A stretch of 64,000 nucleotides of DNA from contig NC_058368.1 of assembly GCF_018350175.1 (NCBI RefSeq), positions 158,970,001-159,034,000 of the forward strand, in the 5' to 3' direction. A model generated the notes under the pieces. The model worked only from the letters and a program-made list of their open reading frames with translations. It was not told the origin of the DNA and searched no databases. Both the position numbers and the translations under genes were made by a program. The stretch is from Felis catus (lineage: Eukaryota). Positions within the stretch are counted from its first letter, which is position 1; each line of letters begins with the position of its first letter. Of the stretch, positions 63,412-64,000 are shown in pieces.

Positions 63412-64000
63412 AGCAAATTTGATAATTCTATTTTTAATATTATTTAAATAAGCAATCTATTAAAATAAAGTTAGAAAAGAAAAAGCTTGTGCAACATATA
63501 ACTAAAATATTTTCTCCAGTTTGATATTGACACACATAATTTTCTTAATTTTTTCTCTCTTCTACTTATAAAACAAACGTTTAGTAGAAAATATAGAGAA
63601 CATAGGATAATAAAGAAAATTTATGTTACTATTTGTTGAAATCTAGGGCAGCCTATACAGATAGATGATCCTCTCAAGCTCAGATAAAAAAATACCCAAT
63701 CATTTATAATCATAAATAAGAGACCCTCTCAGTAATAAATGTGTCCAGTATAGTGTAATAATAAGAAATTACACATTTCTTTGTAGGTGGCTTCTGGCTA
63801 AGGGCAAGAAAAAGAGGTTGGTTGTTTTGTCCTTTGTTCCTTCCCTGCCATACAATCCATCTGCCCTCTCCATTCTCAGCCACTCTTCTTAGAAATATGA
63901 TTTCAGACATGAGTAGAAAATAGTCTGCCCTACCTATGCTCCCATGCCCAAGATCTCCAAATGGTCATTTTGAGGCCTTTGCACTTGACTGATGATGAAA

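Noticed and set aside
1..64000. CRISPR arrays, operons or other prokaryotic systems
   Set aside because: The sequence is mammalian; no regularly spaced repeat-spacer array or gene-dense region is present.

Overview
This is mammalian, AT-rich, repeat-dense non-coding DNA from a carnivoran, almost certainly a felid, judged by the tRNA-derived Can-SINEs of the SINEC_Fc type and cat-type L1 ends. I found no host protein-coding exon I can support; the ORF track is explained by L1, SINE and microsatellite sequence or by chance. The window holds one essentially full-length but disrupted LINE-1 (16014-22174, minus strand, 15-bp target-site duplication, SINE inserted in ORF2), about 34 Can-SINE copies or fragments, and many truncated L1 3' ends. 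It also holds a solo ERV LTR, older MaLR, ERVL and Gypsy-like LTRs, hAT MITEs, MIR and L2 relics, and microsatellites. The most interesting signals are traces of retrotransposition and DNA repair: a tailless retrocopy of a 5' half of tRNA-Gly(TCC), a SINE carrying a 3' transduction, a symmetric head-to-head SINE fusion, a locally templated insertion, repeated reuse of target sites, identically truncated L1 stubs, and a twin-primed L1. I see no convincing evidence for a new multi-gene biological system. Repeat family names come from recognising consensus motifs, not from a database search.
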